DNA of 64,000 nt, from NCBI GenBank assembly GCA_005239725.1, contig SBBM01000045.1:33724-97723 (forward strand). The letters are read 5' to 3'. Below, one piece after another: positions 29,620-39,596 of this stretch. The position numbers were made by a program, and so were the translations under genes. Source of the DNA: Planctomycetales bacterium (lineage in GTDB: Bacteria > Omnitrophota > Gorgyraeia > Gygaellales > Profunditerraquicolaceae). The notes below the pieces were generated by a model, which saw nothing but the letters and a program-made list of their open reading frames with translations, did not search any database and was not told the origin of the DNA. Each line of letters begins with the position of its first letter. Position 1 is the stretch's first letter.

Positions 29620-30768
29620 ATGGATAGAAAAATATTCTGGATTTTTGCTTTAAGCAGCGCCGTTTACTTTACCCAGGGGATAGAAGGTCTTCCTTCCCAG
29701 GGGCTGTTTTATTATTTAAAGGAGACCTTGCATTTTCCGCCGGAGAAAATAATGCTAATCTCCAGCATAACTATTTTTTCCTGGCTGATTAAACCGTTAA
29801 TAGGTTATGTTATTGATAGGTTCTTTAATAAGCGCGCCTGGATTTTCCTTGCGCTCGTCCTGGATATAATTTTAGTCCTTCTCATGGGGATTTTGCGGCT
29901 GCCCCTCTGGGTTCTGGTCGGCATATTAATATTAAATTCAAATAATGCCGCTTTCAGGGATGTGGCGGTTGACGGGATCATGTGTGTGGAAGGCAAGAGG
30001 TACAATGCCACCGGTAAAATTCAAAGTATCCAGTGGATTTCTATTTCAATTGCGGGATTACTTACCGGGGTCCTCGGAGGATATATCGCGGAAGTTTGGG
30101 ATTACCGGGCGGCGTTCTTATGCCTGATACCTATTTATTTATTGGTGGCTATCCCGGCATCCCTTTGCGTTGAGTGCGGCTTGGTTGCAGAGAAGCCTCC
30201 TTCGACGCTTTTTTCGGATTTAAAGCAGTTATTCGCGAATAAAAGATTGCTCATTGTCTGTTTGTTTATATTCCTTTATAAGTACTCACCATCTTTTGGT
30301 ATCCCTTTATCATTTATCCAGAGGGATACGTTTAAATGGAGTAAGGTTTGGATAGGTTGGCTTGGCACAATCAGCACGGTCTTTTCCATCATCGGTTCGC
30401 TGTTGTATTACAGGTTTAGCCAAAGGATTAACATAAAAAAATGGCTGTACTTTTCAGTATTTTTAGGCGCCGTCACAACCCTAAGTTACCTGTATTATAC
30501 GCCGCTAAGTGCAATTATCTACGATATCGTGTATAGCCTTATGGGGATGTTTATATTTTTGATGGTAATGGATTTCATGGCAAGGAGCACTTTGAAGGGC
30601 ATGGAGGCGACTTCCTTTGCCCTGCTTGCCAGTGTCAGTAATTTAGCCTTAGTTTGCAGTAACCTTTCCGGCTCATTTTTCTTGCCCATATTGGGGCTGA
30701 AATGGCTCATAGTTTTGTCAGCCTTTACCAGTTTCTTATGCCTGCCTTTGATAAAAAATATTGACTAA
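29620..30768 (+). CDS. MFS transporter, BT1 (folate-biopterin)-like
   Basis: VYFTQG, WLIKP.IG and DVAVDG motifs, MFS-like multi-TM pattern. Confidence 0.7.
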   Translation: MDRKIFWIFALSSAVYFTQGIEGLPSQGLFYYLKETLHFPPEKIMLISSITIFSWLIKPLIGYVIDRFFNKRAWIFLALVLDIILVLLMGILRLPLWVLVGILILNSNNAAFRDVAVDGIMCVEGKRYNATGKIQSIQWISISIAGLLTGVLGGYIAEVWDYRAAFLCLIPIYLLVAIPASLCVECGLVAEKPPSTLFSDLKQLFANKRLLIVCLFIFLYKYSPSFGIPLSFIQRDTFKWSKVWIGWLGTISTVFSIIGSLLYYRFSQRINIKKWLYFSVFLGAVTTLSYLYYTPLSAIIYDIVYSLMGMFIFLMVMDFMARSTLKGMEATSFALLASVSNLALVCSNLSGSFFLPILGLKWLIVLSAFTSFLCLPLIKNID

Positions 30769-30788
30769 ATTGAAAAATATGCTATATT
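30761..30788 (+). promoter_or_regulatory. Sigma70 promoter of rplM-rpsI
   Basis: TTGACT, 16 bp spacer, TATATT with extended TG, 9 nt upstream of ATG. Confidence 0.6.
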
Positions 30789-30797
30789 ACTTTTTCT

Positions 30798-31229
30798 ATG
30801 CAAAAAACATACTATCCGGCAAAAAGCGAAATAAAGCATAAATGGTACCTTATTGACGCCCAGGACGAAATACTGGGCAGGCTTGCTGCCAGGGCCGCCG
30901 TAATCCTCCGGGGTAAACACAAGGCGATATACGCGCCTCATCTGGATACCGGAGACGGTGTCATTATAATTAATGCCGCAAAGGTTAAGGTTACCGGCAG
31001 GAAATTAAAAGAAAAGGTATATCGCCGGTATTCGGGTTATCCCGGAGGCTTGAAGGAGGTCAACCTGGAAACCATGCTCAGCAAAAAACCCGAAACGGTA
31101 ATAAAACTGGCGGTCAGCCGCATGCTGCCCTCCGGCCCTTTAGGCTCGGGCATATTAAAGAAACTGAAGGTTTATGCGGGCGATAAACACCCACACGTTT
31201 CCCAGCAACCGGAAGTAATAAAGGTGTAA
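30798..31229 (+). CDS. rplM: 50S ribosomal protein L13
   Basis: WYLIDA, LGRLA, LRGKHK and SGYPGGL motifs. Confidence 0.98.
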   Translation: MQKTYYPAKSEIKHKWYLIDAQDEILGRLAARAAVILRGKHKAIYAPHLDTGDGVIIINAAKVKVTGRKLKEKVYRRYSGYPGGLKEVNLETMLSKKPETVIKLAVSRMLPSGPLGSGILKKLKVYAGDKHPHVSQQPEVIKV

Positions 31230-31234
31230 ACAAA

Positions 31235-31630
31235 ATGAATGCAATCACTAAATTTATGGCCGTAGGCAGGAGAAAGGAAGCAATCGCGCGGGTGCAGTTA
31301 ATTCCTGGCAAGGGCAATATTATGGTTAACGGTATCCCTGTGGATAAATATTTTGCCCGGGAAACCGACAGGATTATCATCAGGCAGCCTTTAGAGGTGA
31401 CAAATACCCTTAACAAGTATGATGTGGTCGGCAATATCAAAGGGGGCGGTTTTATCGGTCAGACAGGGGCTTTCCGGCTCGGCATAGCCAGGGCCTTATT
31501 GTTGGCTGAACCGGAGCTCAAGGATTTATTGCGCAAGAACAGGCTTCTTACCCGCGACCCCCGCATGAAAGAGCGCAAAAAATACGGGCAAAAAGGCGCG
31601 CGCAAACGCTTCCAGTGGACAAAGAGGTAG
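31235..31630 (+). CDS. rpsI: 30S ribosomal protein S9
   Basis: [10 protein letters not shown] and [14 protein letters not shown]...KR. Confidence 0.98.
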   Translation: MNAITKFMAVGRRKEAIARVQLIPGKGNIMVNGIPVDKYFARETDRIIIRQPLEVTNTLNKYDVVGNIKGGGFIGQTGAFRLGIARALLLAEPELKDLLRKNRLLTRDPRMKERKKYGQKGARKRFQWTKR

Positions 31631-31680
31631 AAAGGCAGTAGATAACCGCCAGCATATCGCAGACAACAGGATAAGGTTTA

Positions 31681-31716
31681 AAAAAGTCCCGCAGAAAAAA
31701 GAAGCGGGATTTTTTG
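31681..31716 (+). terminator. Rho-independent terminator
   Basis: AAAAAGTCCCGC...GCGGGATTTTTT. Confidence 0.7.
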
Positions 31717-31739
31717 TTTGTATCCCGACGAGAAAATGC

Positions 31740-31768
31740 TTGACTATACGGGGTTTTTATCTTAATAT
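31740..31768 (+). promoter_or_regulatory. Sigma70 promoter of the arg cluster
   Basis: TTGACT, 17 bp spacer, TAATAT. Confidence 0.55.
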
Positions 31769-31797
31769 ACAGGCATAAATAAAATTGAGGTGTTTAA

Positions 31798-32841
31798 ATG
31801 ATAAATGTAGGCATTGCCGGCGCAACAGGTTATGCAGGGAAAGAGTTAATTAAAGTTTTATTGCACCATCCGAACGCAAGGATAACCGGGCTTTATTCTA
31901 CCTCCGAAGAGCCAAAGGCCATTTCAGATATTTACCCGGAATTCAGGGGTAAAATTAATCTTCCCTGCAACCGGCTTGAGCTAAAAGAGTTAGTAAGCAA
32001 ATGTGATTTGGTATTTTTGGCCCTCCCGCATACGATTTCCATGGATATCGTCCCCGGGTTATTGGGTGCCGGCAAACGGGTAATTGACTTGAGCGCCGAC
32101 TACAGGTTGAAGGACCCTAAAATTTATGAGCATTTTTATAAGGCCAAGCACAAAGATGAATCCGGATTAAAAGAGTCTGTTTACGGCCTGCCGGAGATTA
32201 ACCGGGGCAAAATAAAAAACGCTAGATTGGTTGCCAATCCCGGCTGCTACTCCACGGCGGCAATTTTGGCCTTGGCACCGCTGGTTGCCCTTGCCCCGGC
32301 AGAACTCGGCGCCATAATTATAGATGGAAAATCCGGAGTAACGGGCGCAGGGAAAAAAATGGCGCCTGAACTCTTGTTTCCCGAAGTAAATGAGGATTTT
32401 AAGGCTTATAAGGTCAACGTGCATCAGCATATCCCGGAAATTAAGCAGATCTTATCAAAGTTATCGGGAAGAAAGATTGCGGTTACGTTTGTAGCGCATC
32501 TTTTGCCGTTAAATAGGGGGATTTTAGAGACGATATATGTGATAAAAAATCAAAAATCAAAAAATCCCTGCCTGCCGGTAGGCAGGAAAAATCAAAATTT
32601 AAATGCGTTATACAAGAAGTTTTATAAGAATGAGCCGTTTGTGAGGATACGGGAGGAAGGGGATTTTCCCCGGCTAAAAGATGTGACAGGGACAAATTTT
32701 TGCGATATTGGGATAAAGGCGGATTCCGACACTCTCATTATTATTGCGGCCATAGATAATTTATTAAAAGGGGCATCAGGGCAGGCGGTCCAGAATATGA
32801 ATATCATGTATAATTTTCCGGAAGGGGCCGCATTGTTATGA
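31798..32841 (+). CDS. argC: N-acetyl-gamma-glutamyl-phosphate reductase
   Basis: GATGYAG, DLSADYR, ANPGCY and DNLLKGASGQAVQN motifs. Confidence 0.97.
   Translation: MINVGIAGATGYAGKELIKVLLHHPNARITGLYSTSEEPKAISDIYPEFRGKINLPCNRLELKELVSKCDLVFLALPHTISMDIVPGLLGAGKRVIDLSADYRLKDPKIYEHFYKAKHKDESGLKESVYGLPEINRGKIKNARLVANPGCYSTAAILALAPLVALAPAELGAIIIDGKSGVTGAGKKMAPELLFPEVNEDFKAYKVNVHQHIPEIKQILSKLSGRKIAVTFVAHLLPLNRGILETIYVIKNQKSKNPCLPVGRKNQNLNALYKKFYKNEPFVRIREEGDFPRLKDVTGTNFCDIGIKADSDTLIIIAAIDNLLKGASGQAVQNMNIMYNFPEGAALL
32545..32599. repeat. In-frame AAAAATC heptamers with embedded 20-bp palindrome inside argC
   Basis: CCTGCCTGCCGGTAGGCAGG (32567-32586) flanked by AAAAATC units. Confidence 0.75.
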
Positions 32842-33974
32842 TGGCATTTAAACATGCGGTATTGCCGCTGGGGTTTGAGGCAAGCGCTGTTGCCTGCGGC
32901 ATAAAGAAATCAGGCAGGCTTGATTTGGCTTTGTTTTATTCTCAGTTGCCGGCAAAGGCAAGCTGCAAATTTACTACCAATAAAATCGAGGCCGCCCCTA
33001 TTAAAGTATGCAAAAGATATTTAAGGCGGAATAAAATTTACCGGGCGATAGTCGCCAATAGCGGCAATGCCAATTGCTTTACCGGCAGGCGCGGATTGCA
33101 TGACGCCGATAATACTGCCGGGTGTTTATCCGCCGCCTTGAATATAAAAAAGGAATCGGTATTGGTCGCCTCAACCGGTATTATCGGCAAGTACTTGCCT
33201 TTTGATAAGATTAAAAGGTCAATTCCCTTCTTAGTGGCAGGGTTATCCGGCAAAGGGATAGATTACGCCAAACAGGCAATTATGACTACCGATACTTTTG
33301 CCAAAGAGGCCACGGTAAAGTTTGCTCTCGGCGGAAAGCGCATTACTGTCTGCGGTGTTGCCAAGGGTGCAGGTATGATTGCCCCGAATATGGCGACTAT
33401 GCTTTGTTTTATTATGACCGATGCGGATATCGCCCAGGGTGCATTAGATAGGGCGGTAAGTATTTGCGTGGACAATTCCTTTAATTGCCTAACCGTGGAC
33501 GGTTGCATGAGCACGAATGATACGGTTATTGTTCTGGCGAATGCGGCAGCCGGGAACGTCGTGATCGGGGGCGGGGAAAAATTTGAATTATTTAAAAGCG
33601 CCCTAAATGCCGTATGCCTTGAATTAGCAAAGATGATTGCCAGAGACGGGGAAGGCGCGACTAAATTTATCAGGATTTCGGTAAAGGGTGCAAAGGGCCT
33701 AACCCAGGCAAGGCGAGCGGCCCTGGCAATCGCAAACTCGAATTTAGTCAAGAGCGCCTTTTACGGGGAAAATCCCAATTTTGGCAGGGTTGCCGCAGCC
33801 GTAGGCGCAAGCGGGATAAATATAAGAGAAGAAGATTTAAAAATAAAATTGGGCCCTCTGGCCGGAAGGGAGATAAACATCGAAGTATCTCTCGGCAGGG
33901 GGAAGTCTTGCGCAACGGTATATACGTCGGATTTAACTCCGCAGTATGTCAAAATAAACGCGGAGTATAGCTAA
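32838..33974 (+). CDS. argJ: Ornithine acetyltransferase
   Basis: NSGNAN, STGIIG, KGAGMIAPNMATML, STND and DGEGATK motifs. Confidence 0.97.
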   Translation: MMAFKHAVLPLGFEASAVACGIKKSGRLDLALFYSQLPAKASCKFTTNKIEAAPIKVCKRYLRRNKIYRAIVANSGNANCFTGRRGLHDADNTAGCLSAALNIKKESVLVASTGIIGKYLPFDKIKRSIPFLVAGLSGKGIDYAKQAIMTTDTFAKEATVKFALGGKRITVCGVAKGAGMIAPNMATMLCFIMTDADIAQGALDRAVSICVDNSFNCLTVDGCMSTNDTVIVLANAAAGNVVIGGGEKFELFKSALNAVCLELAKMIARDGEGATKFIRISVKGAKGLTQARRAALAIANSNLVKSAFYGENPNFGRVAAAVGASGINIREEDLKIKLGPLAGREINIEVSLGRGKSCATVYTSDLTPQYVKINAEYS

Positions 33975-33987
33975 GCGGGGTGAGGGT

Positions 33988-34845
33988 ATGGAGGAGGCGA
34001 TTAAGAAGGCAGAGGTCCTGATCGAAGCGCTGCCTTATATCAAGGAGTTCCATAAGAAGGTTATCGTTATAAAGTATGGCGGCAGCATATTAGGGGAAGA
34101 AAAAATAAGGAAGGCGGTTCTGGAAGATATAATCTTCCTTAATTTCATGGGCCTTAGGCCCGTGTTAGTCCACGGCGGCGGGCCTAACATAAGCGAGCGC
34201 ATGCGCGCAAGCGGCAAAAAAACGGATTTTGTTGACGGTATGCGCGTAACTGACGAAGAGACGCTGAAGGTGGTAGAGGAAGAATTGCAGAAGTTAAATG
34301 ATATTATTGTTGGAGAAATAAATGAAATGGGGGGTAATGCCATCGGCTTAAACGGCAAGGAGAAAAAAATAATTCAGGTTGAAAAAAAGAAGGCCAGCAT
34401 AGACCTGGGCTTTGTGGGAAGTGTCGTGGAGATAAATGCGCAAGCAATCCTTGACGGTGTGAAGGATGGAGCCATAATGGTAATACTGCCCATGGGCGTA
34501 GGTCAGGATAGAATGGCCTATAATGTCAATGCCGATGAGGCGGCCTCAAATATTGCCGGCGCGCTTAATGCGGAAAAAATGATTTTATTGACCAATGTAA
34601 AGGGAATCATGCGTTCATCCGGCGAACATAATTCCTTTATTTCGACTTTGACCCGCAAAGAGGCTATTGGACTCATTGAAGATAATGTTGTCCAGCAGGG
34701 GATGATACCGAAAGTTATGGCCTGTATTGATGCCCTGGATAAGGGGGTAAAGAAGGCGCATATTATCGATGCCTGCATACCCCACGCCTTGCTTCTGGAG
34801 ATATTTACTTATAAAGGCGTAGGCACGGAGATTGTTAAGCAATAA
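33988..34845 (+). CDS. argB: Acetylglutamate kinase
   Basis: IKYGG, VHGGG, NVNAD and GMIPK motifs. Confidence 0.97.
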   Translation: MEEAIKKAEVLIEALPYIKEFHKKVIVIKYGGSILGEEKIRKAVLEDIIFLNFMGLRPVLVHGGGPNISERMRASGKKTDFVDGMRVTDEETLKVVEEELQKLNDIIVGEINEMGGNAIGLNGKEKKIIQVEKKKASIDLGFVGSVVEINAQAILDGVKDGAIMVILPMGVGQDRMAYNVNADEAASNIAGALNAEKMILLTNVKGIMRSSGEHNSFISTLTRKEAIGLIEDNVVQQGMIPKVMACIDALDKGVKKAHIIDACIPHALLLEIFTYKGVGTEIVKQ

Positions 34846-34849
34846 AAAT

Positions 34850-36031
34850 ATGAAGGCGCAGGAGGTATTTGACGTTTACAGCGATTGCATAATGCCGACA
34901 TATGCCAAATTCCCCCTGGTATTTGTCAAGGGAAAAGGGGGTTATCTCTGGGATGTCCAGGGAAAGAAATACCTGGATTTTTTCCCGGGATGGGGCGCAG
35001 GCAACCTCGGGCATTGCCATCCCAAGGTTATGTCTGCGGTAAGGGACCAGGTTTCTAAGTTGATTTTTATCCCCAATAATTATTACAACCTGCCCCAGGC
35101 AAAATTGGCAAAAGAGATAAATTTCTGGGCGGACGGCAAGTTTAAGGTATTTTTTTGCAATTCCGGGGCAGAGGCAAATGAGGCCGCGCTCAAATTTTCC
35201 CGCAGGTTCGGTAAAGGCAGGTATGAAATTATTACATTCGAAAATTCCTTTCATGGCCGGACTTTTGGGGCGCTCTCCGCTACCGGGCAAAAGAAATACC
35301 AGGAGGGTTTTAGCCCGCTTTTGCAGGGCTTTAAATATGCCGGGTTTAACGATATAGGGCAGGTAAAGTCCCTGATTAGCGAAAAGACAGTGGGGATAAT
35401 GCTGGAATTAGTCCAGGGGGAAGGCGGGATTAATATTGCGGATAAGGATTTTGTATTCAGTCTGCGGCAGGTTTGCGATGAGAAAAATTTACTTTTAATC
35501 ATTGATGAAGTGCAGACCGGAATAGGCAGGACAGGTAAAATGTTTTGCTACCAGGATTACGGGGTTATGCCTGATATCGTTACTCTGGCAAAAGCCCTCG
35601 GGGGAGGGCTTCCCATAGGCATTACCATGATTAAAAAGGAGATTGCGGATATTTTGAGCCCCGGCACGCATGCCTCTACCTTTGGCGGAGGGCCTTTAAT
35701 TTGTAAGGCGGCTTTGGCAGTTTTAAAAGCAATACAGAAGGAAAAGATTTTGGCTAATGTCCGGAAAATGGGCGGCTATCTTCAGGAGAAATTGGAGAGT
35801 TTAAAAGTAAAATATCCGGGCATAATAAAGGAAGTAAGGGGCTTAGGCCTTATCTGGGGGGTGGAGCTGAATAAAGAAGGCAAACCGGTAGTAGAAGAGT
35901 GCATCAAACGTGGCCTGTTAATTAATTGCACGCAGAATAGGGTGCTCCGGCTTATGCCGGTATTAAATGTCGGAAAAAAGGAAATTGATAAGGCAATCGC
36001 AGTGCTGGATGATGCTTTGAAGGGCGGATGA
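34850..36031 (+). CDS. argD: Acetylornithine aminotransferase
   Basis: NSGAEANE, FHGRT, DEVQTG and AKALGGG motifs. Lies in the arg cluster. Confidence 0.93.
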   Translation: MKAQEVFDVYSDCIMPTYAKFPLVFVKGKGGYLWDVQGKKYLDFFPGWGAGNLGHCHPKVMSAVRDQVSKLIFIPNNYYNLPQAKLAKEINFWADGKFKVFFCNSGAEANEAALKFSRRFGKGRYEIITFENSFHGRTFGALSATGQKKYQEGFSPLLQGFKYAGFNDIGQVKSLISEKTVGIMLELVQGEGGINIADKDFVFSLRQVCDEKNLLLIIDEVQTGIGRTGKMFCYQDYGVMPDIVTLAKALGGGLPIGITMIKKEIADILSPGTHASTFGGGPLICKAALAVLKAIQKEKILANVRKMGGYLQEKLESLKVKYPGIIKEVRGLGLIWGVELNKEGKPVVEECIKRGLLINCTQNRVLRLMPVLNVGKKEIDKAIAVLDDALKGG

Positions 36032-36955
36032 ATGAAAAGAGACTTAATATCCATTAATGACTTAAGCCGGGAAGAGATCGAGGGGTTTTTTGATATTGCC
36101 GATTGCCTGAAAAGGGATAACGCCCGGTTCGGCAATATCCTGTCCGGAAAGTCCCTGGCATTAATTTTTCAGAAGCCATCAAACCGCACGCGGGTTTCTT
36201 TTGAAGTAGGGATGTATCAACTGGGAGGCCACGTCGTATATTTAGGCCCCGGAGAAATAAACCTGGGGGTGCGGGAGTCAATAAAGGATGTGGCAAAGAC
36301 TTTATCGAGGTATGTTAACGGCATCGTCTTAAGGACATTCGCGCATAAGAATGTAATTGAGCTGGCCGGATATGCAGATGTCCCGGTGATAAACGGCCTC
36401 TCGGATTTTTCCCATCCCTGCCAGGGATTGGCGGATATTTATACCGTAAAAGAAAAGTTAGGGAAAACCCAGGGCATAACTTTTGCTTACGTGGGAGACG
36501 GAAATAATGTCTGCAATTCTTTGTTGTTTGCCTGTTCGAAATCAGGCATACATATAAATGTGGCTACGCCGAAAGGGCACGAGCCGGATAAAGGCGTCTT
36601 AGCTGCTGCCAGGCGCGCGGCGAAGTTAGCCCGATGCAAAGTAAATTTATTTAATGACCCGTTTTCGGCTGTGAAAGGCGCAGACGTCATTTATACCGAT
36701 GTCTGGGCCAGCATGGGACAGGAGAAGGAAGCTATAAAGCGGCGAAAAATATTTAAAAAATTCCAGCTTAATAAAAAGCTGGCCAGTTTGGCGAACAAAA
36801 ACGTTTTGATTATGCATTGTTTGCCTGCTCATAGAGGGGAAGAAATAACGGATGATGTTATTGACGGTCCCAATTCCGTGGTTTTTGACCAGGCGGAAAA
36901 CCGGTTACACGTGCAAAAAGCGATTTTGATAAAATTATTAAAAGGGGATAAATGA
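36032..36955 (+). CDS. argF: Ornithine carbamoyltransferase
   Basis: SNRTRVSF, HPCQ and MHCLPAHRG motifs. Confidence 0.97.
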   Translation: MKRDLISINDLSREEIEGFFDIADCLKRDNARFGNILSGKSLALIFQKPSNRTRVSFEVGMYQLGGHVVYLGPGEINLGVRESIKDVAKTLSRYVNGIVLRTFAHKNVIELAGYADVPVINGLSDFSHPCQGLADIYTVKEKLGKTQGITFAYVGDGNNVCNSLLFACSKSGIHINVATPKGHEPDKGVLAAARRAAKLARCKVNLFNDPFSAVKGADVIYTDVWASMGQEKEAIKRRKIFKKFQLNKKLASLANKNVLIMHCLPAHRGEEITDDVIDGPNSVVFDQAENRLHVQKAILIKLLKGDK

Positions 36956-38133
36956 AAAAAGTAGTTTTGGCTTATTCGGGTGGCCTTGATACCTCCTGCA
37001 TTGTCAAGTGGCTTAGAGATAAAGGTTACCAGGTTGTTTGTTTTGTTGCGGATTTAGGCCAGGGGTTAGGCAGGGGTGAAGATTTTAAGGCAATAGAAAA
37101 GCGGGCGCTTGCCGCGGGAGCAACAAAGGTATACATCAAGGACCTTCAGGATGAATTTATCGAAGATTTTATCCTCCCGGCTTTAAAGGCAAATGCGATA
37201 TACGAAGGTAAATACCTTCTTGCAACTGCCCTGGGCAGGCCGCTGATCGCCAAACACCTTGTCCATCTTGCCCATAAGGAGAAGGCGGACGGGATTGCCC
37301 ACGGCTGCACAGGCAAAGGCAATGACCAGGTAAGGCTTGAGGTAACCGCGGGAATTCTTGACCCGAAACTGGAAGTGCTTGCGCCGGTAAGGGAATGGGA
37401 ATTTAAATCCCGGGAGGAAGAGATAGAATACGCCATGCTCCATAACATACCCATTGATGTCACGAAAAAAAAGCCTTACAGCATTGACAGGAATATCTGG
37501 GGCATAAGCATCGAGGCCGGGGTTCTGGAAGACCTGGAGCAGGAGCCGCCTGAAGACGCCTATTTGATTACTAAAAGCCCCACGCACATGGCAAGTTACC
37601 CGAAATATCTTGAGATTTATTTTGAGAAGGGCGTGCCGAAAAAAATAGACGGCAAAAGTTATAAATTGAAGTCATTAATAACTCACCTTAACGAAGTGGG
37701 TGGCTTATGCGGCGTAGGCAGGGTTGATATGGTTGAAAACAGGCTTGTGGGCATAAAATCCAGGGAGATTTATGAAGCTCCGGCAGGGACTATATTATAT
37801 ATCGCGCATAAGGAACTGGAGTCCCTGGTGCTTGACAGGGAGTTAGCGCACTTTAAAGAGATAGTCTCGCTTAAATATTCAGAATTGATTTATTACGGCT
37901 TATGGTATTCGCCTTTAAAACAGGCATTGGACGGTTTTGTTGAGGAAACGCAGAAACACGTTACGGGCAGCATAAAAGTGAAGTTATCCAAAGGCGCTTG
38001 CGTTGTGGTGGGAAGAAAGTCGCCTTATTCGTTGTACAAAAAGGAATTAAGCACTTACGGCAAAGAAGATAAATTTGACCAGAGGTTATCGGAAGGTTTC
38101 ATTAAGATTTGGGGAATGCCGTATAAGCGATAA
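36952..38133 (+). CDS. argG: Argininosuccinate synthase
   Basis: AYSGGLDTS and HGCTGKGNDQVR motifs. Confidence 0.98.
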   Translation: MKKVVLAYSGGLDTSCIVKWLRDKGYQVVCFVADLGQGLGRGEDFKAIEKRALAAGATKVYIKDLQDEFIEDFILPALKANAIYEGKYLLATALGRPLIAKHLVHLAHKEKADGIAHGCTGKGNDQVRLEVTAGILDPKLEVLAPVREWEFKSREEEIEYAMLHNIPIDVTKKKPYSIDRNIWGISIEAGVLEDLEQEPPEDAYLITKSPTHMASYPKYLEIYFEKGVPKKIDGKSYKLKSLITHLNEVGGLCGVGRVDMVENRLVGIKSREIYEAPAGTILYIAHKELESLVLDRELAHFKEIVSLKYSELIYYGLWYSPLKQALDGFVEETQKHVTGSIKVKLSKGACVVVGRKSPYSLYKKELSTYGKEDKFDQRLSEGFIKIWGMPYKR

Positions 38134-38144
38134 GTATTGATGCC

Positions 38145-38196
38145 GAGGACTGTCCCCGCAACGGCTAATTGCGAAGTCTTTTTAGGGGACTGTCCC
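38145..38196. repeat. Pair of GGAC-T-GTCCC palindromes
   Basis: GAGGACTGTCCCC ... TAGGGGACTGTCCC between argG and argH. Confidence 0.7.
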
Positions 38197-38228
38197 GCGA
38201 CAAGATGAGTATTGCATGGGAGACAGGC

Positions 38229-39596
38229 ATGGCGAAAAAATTATGGGGCGCAAGATTCAGCAAAAAGACAGACCTCCTGGCCGAGGAATTTACCAAATCT
38301 ATACAGTATGATTATAAGATTGCTTTATGTGATATCATAGGCTCGAAATTGCATGTTCAGATTTTGGGGAAAAGCAGATATCTGTCCACCCATGAAACAT
38401 CAAGATTATTTAACGCATTGACCGATATTTATAAGGCAATAGACAAAGGCAGGATTAAAGTGGATTTAAAAACTGAAGACGTGCATACTTATATTCAAAA
38501 CCTGCTCCATAAAAGAGTCGGCGATTTGGTCCTGAAACTTCATACCGCAAGGTCGAGAAATGACCAGGTTGTTTTCGCGACCAAATTATACTGCAAAATC
38601 AGCATATCCGAATTGCAGGCTGATATTAACGGCTTGTGCAGCGCCCTGAATATTTTGAGTGCCAAAAATAAAGCTGTTATTATCCCGGGATTTACCCATA
38701 TGCAGCATGCCCAGCCCGTTTATTTAAAAGATTATTTGAATGCTTACAGGGAAATGCTTATGAGGGATATGGGCAGATTGGGATATATCTCGCAGCATAT
38801 GAAAATAACTATGGGCGCAGGGGCGCTGGCTGGAACGCCGCTCAGCGCTTCGGAATACAGCATGAATGCGGAAAAGATATTTAAGGACCATAGTGACCTG
38901 AAAGAGCTTAAAGAACTTTTCATTATTGAGCCGACTAATAATTCACTGGATTCAGTCAGCGACAGGGACTTTGTAATTGAAATTATCAGCGCCTTATCAA
39001 TTATTGCGATGCATCTTTCCAGACTGTCGGAAGATTTAATTATCTGGTCAACCAAAGAATTTGATTTTGTCGAGATCGATGAATCTTTTTGCACCGGCAG
39101 CTCGCTCATGCCGCAAAAAAAGAATGCGGATGTATTGGAATTAATCAGAGGCTATGCCGGCAGATTAAACGGGAATTTGGTCAGCGTTTTGACGATGATG
39201 AAAGGACTGCCGTTAACTTACAACAGAGATATGCAGTTAGATAAAGAGCCGCTGTTCAATTCTTTCGAAATAGTTTCCAGCGAACTGAAGGTTTTGGCGG
39301 GCCTGGTTAAGACCTTAAAGTTTAATAAATCAAAGATAGACGAGCACTTAAAAGACGAATCCTTATATGCTACCGATATTGTTTACTATTTGGTTGATAA
39401 GGGAGAGCCTTTTAAAAGCGCACACACAATTGTCGGTAAATTGGTTAAATATTCCATTCATCACTCAATTGAAATAAAGCAAATGCCGGAGAAATTATTG
39501 AAAAAATTCTCCAGTAAGATTGTAAAGAAAGATATAGTTAGATTATTCAACCCGCAAGTTTCGGTCAAGTCAAAAAAATCAATCAAAAGACGCTAA
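38229..39596 (+). CDS. argH: Argininosuccinate lyase
   Basis: KLWGARF, HTARSRNDQ and GSSLMPQKKN motifs. Confidence 0.97.
   Translation: MAKKLWGARFSKKTDLLAEEFTKSIQYDYKIALCDIIGSKLHVQILGKSRYLSTHETSRLFNALTDIYKAIDKGRIKVDLKTEDVHTYIQNLLHKRVGDLVLKLHTARSRNDQVVFATKLYCKISISELQADINGLCSALNILSAKNKAVIIPGFTHMQHAQPVYLKDYLNAYREMLMRDMGRLGYISQHMKITMGAGALAGTPLSASEYSMNAEKIFKDHSDLKELKELFIIEPTNNSLDSVSDRDFVIEIISALSIIAMHLSRLSEDLIIWSTKEFDFVEIDESFCTGSSLMPQKKNADVLELIRGYAGRLNGNLVSVLTMMKGLPLTYNRDMQLDKEPLFNSFEIVSSELKVLAGLVKTLKFNKSKIDEHLKDESLYATDIVYYLVDKGEPFKSAHTIVGKLVKYSIHHSIEIKQMPEKLLKKFSSKIVKKDIVRLFNPQVSVKSKKSIKRR

Noticed and set aside
31760-31790. ARG box upstream of argC
   Set aside because: AT-rich, but no convincing match to the TGAAT-N4-ATTCA dyad.
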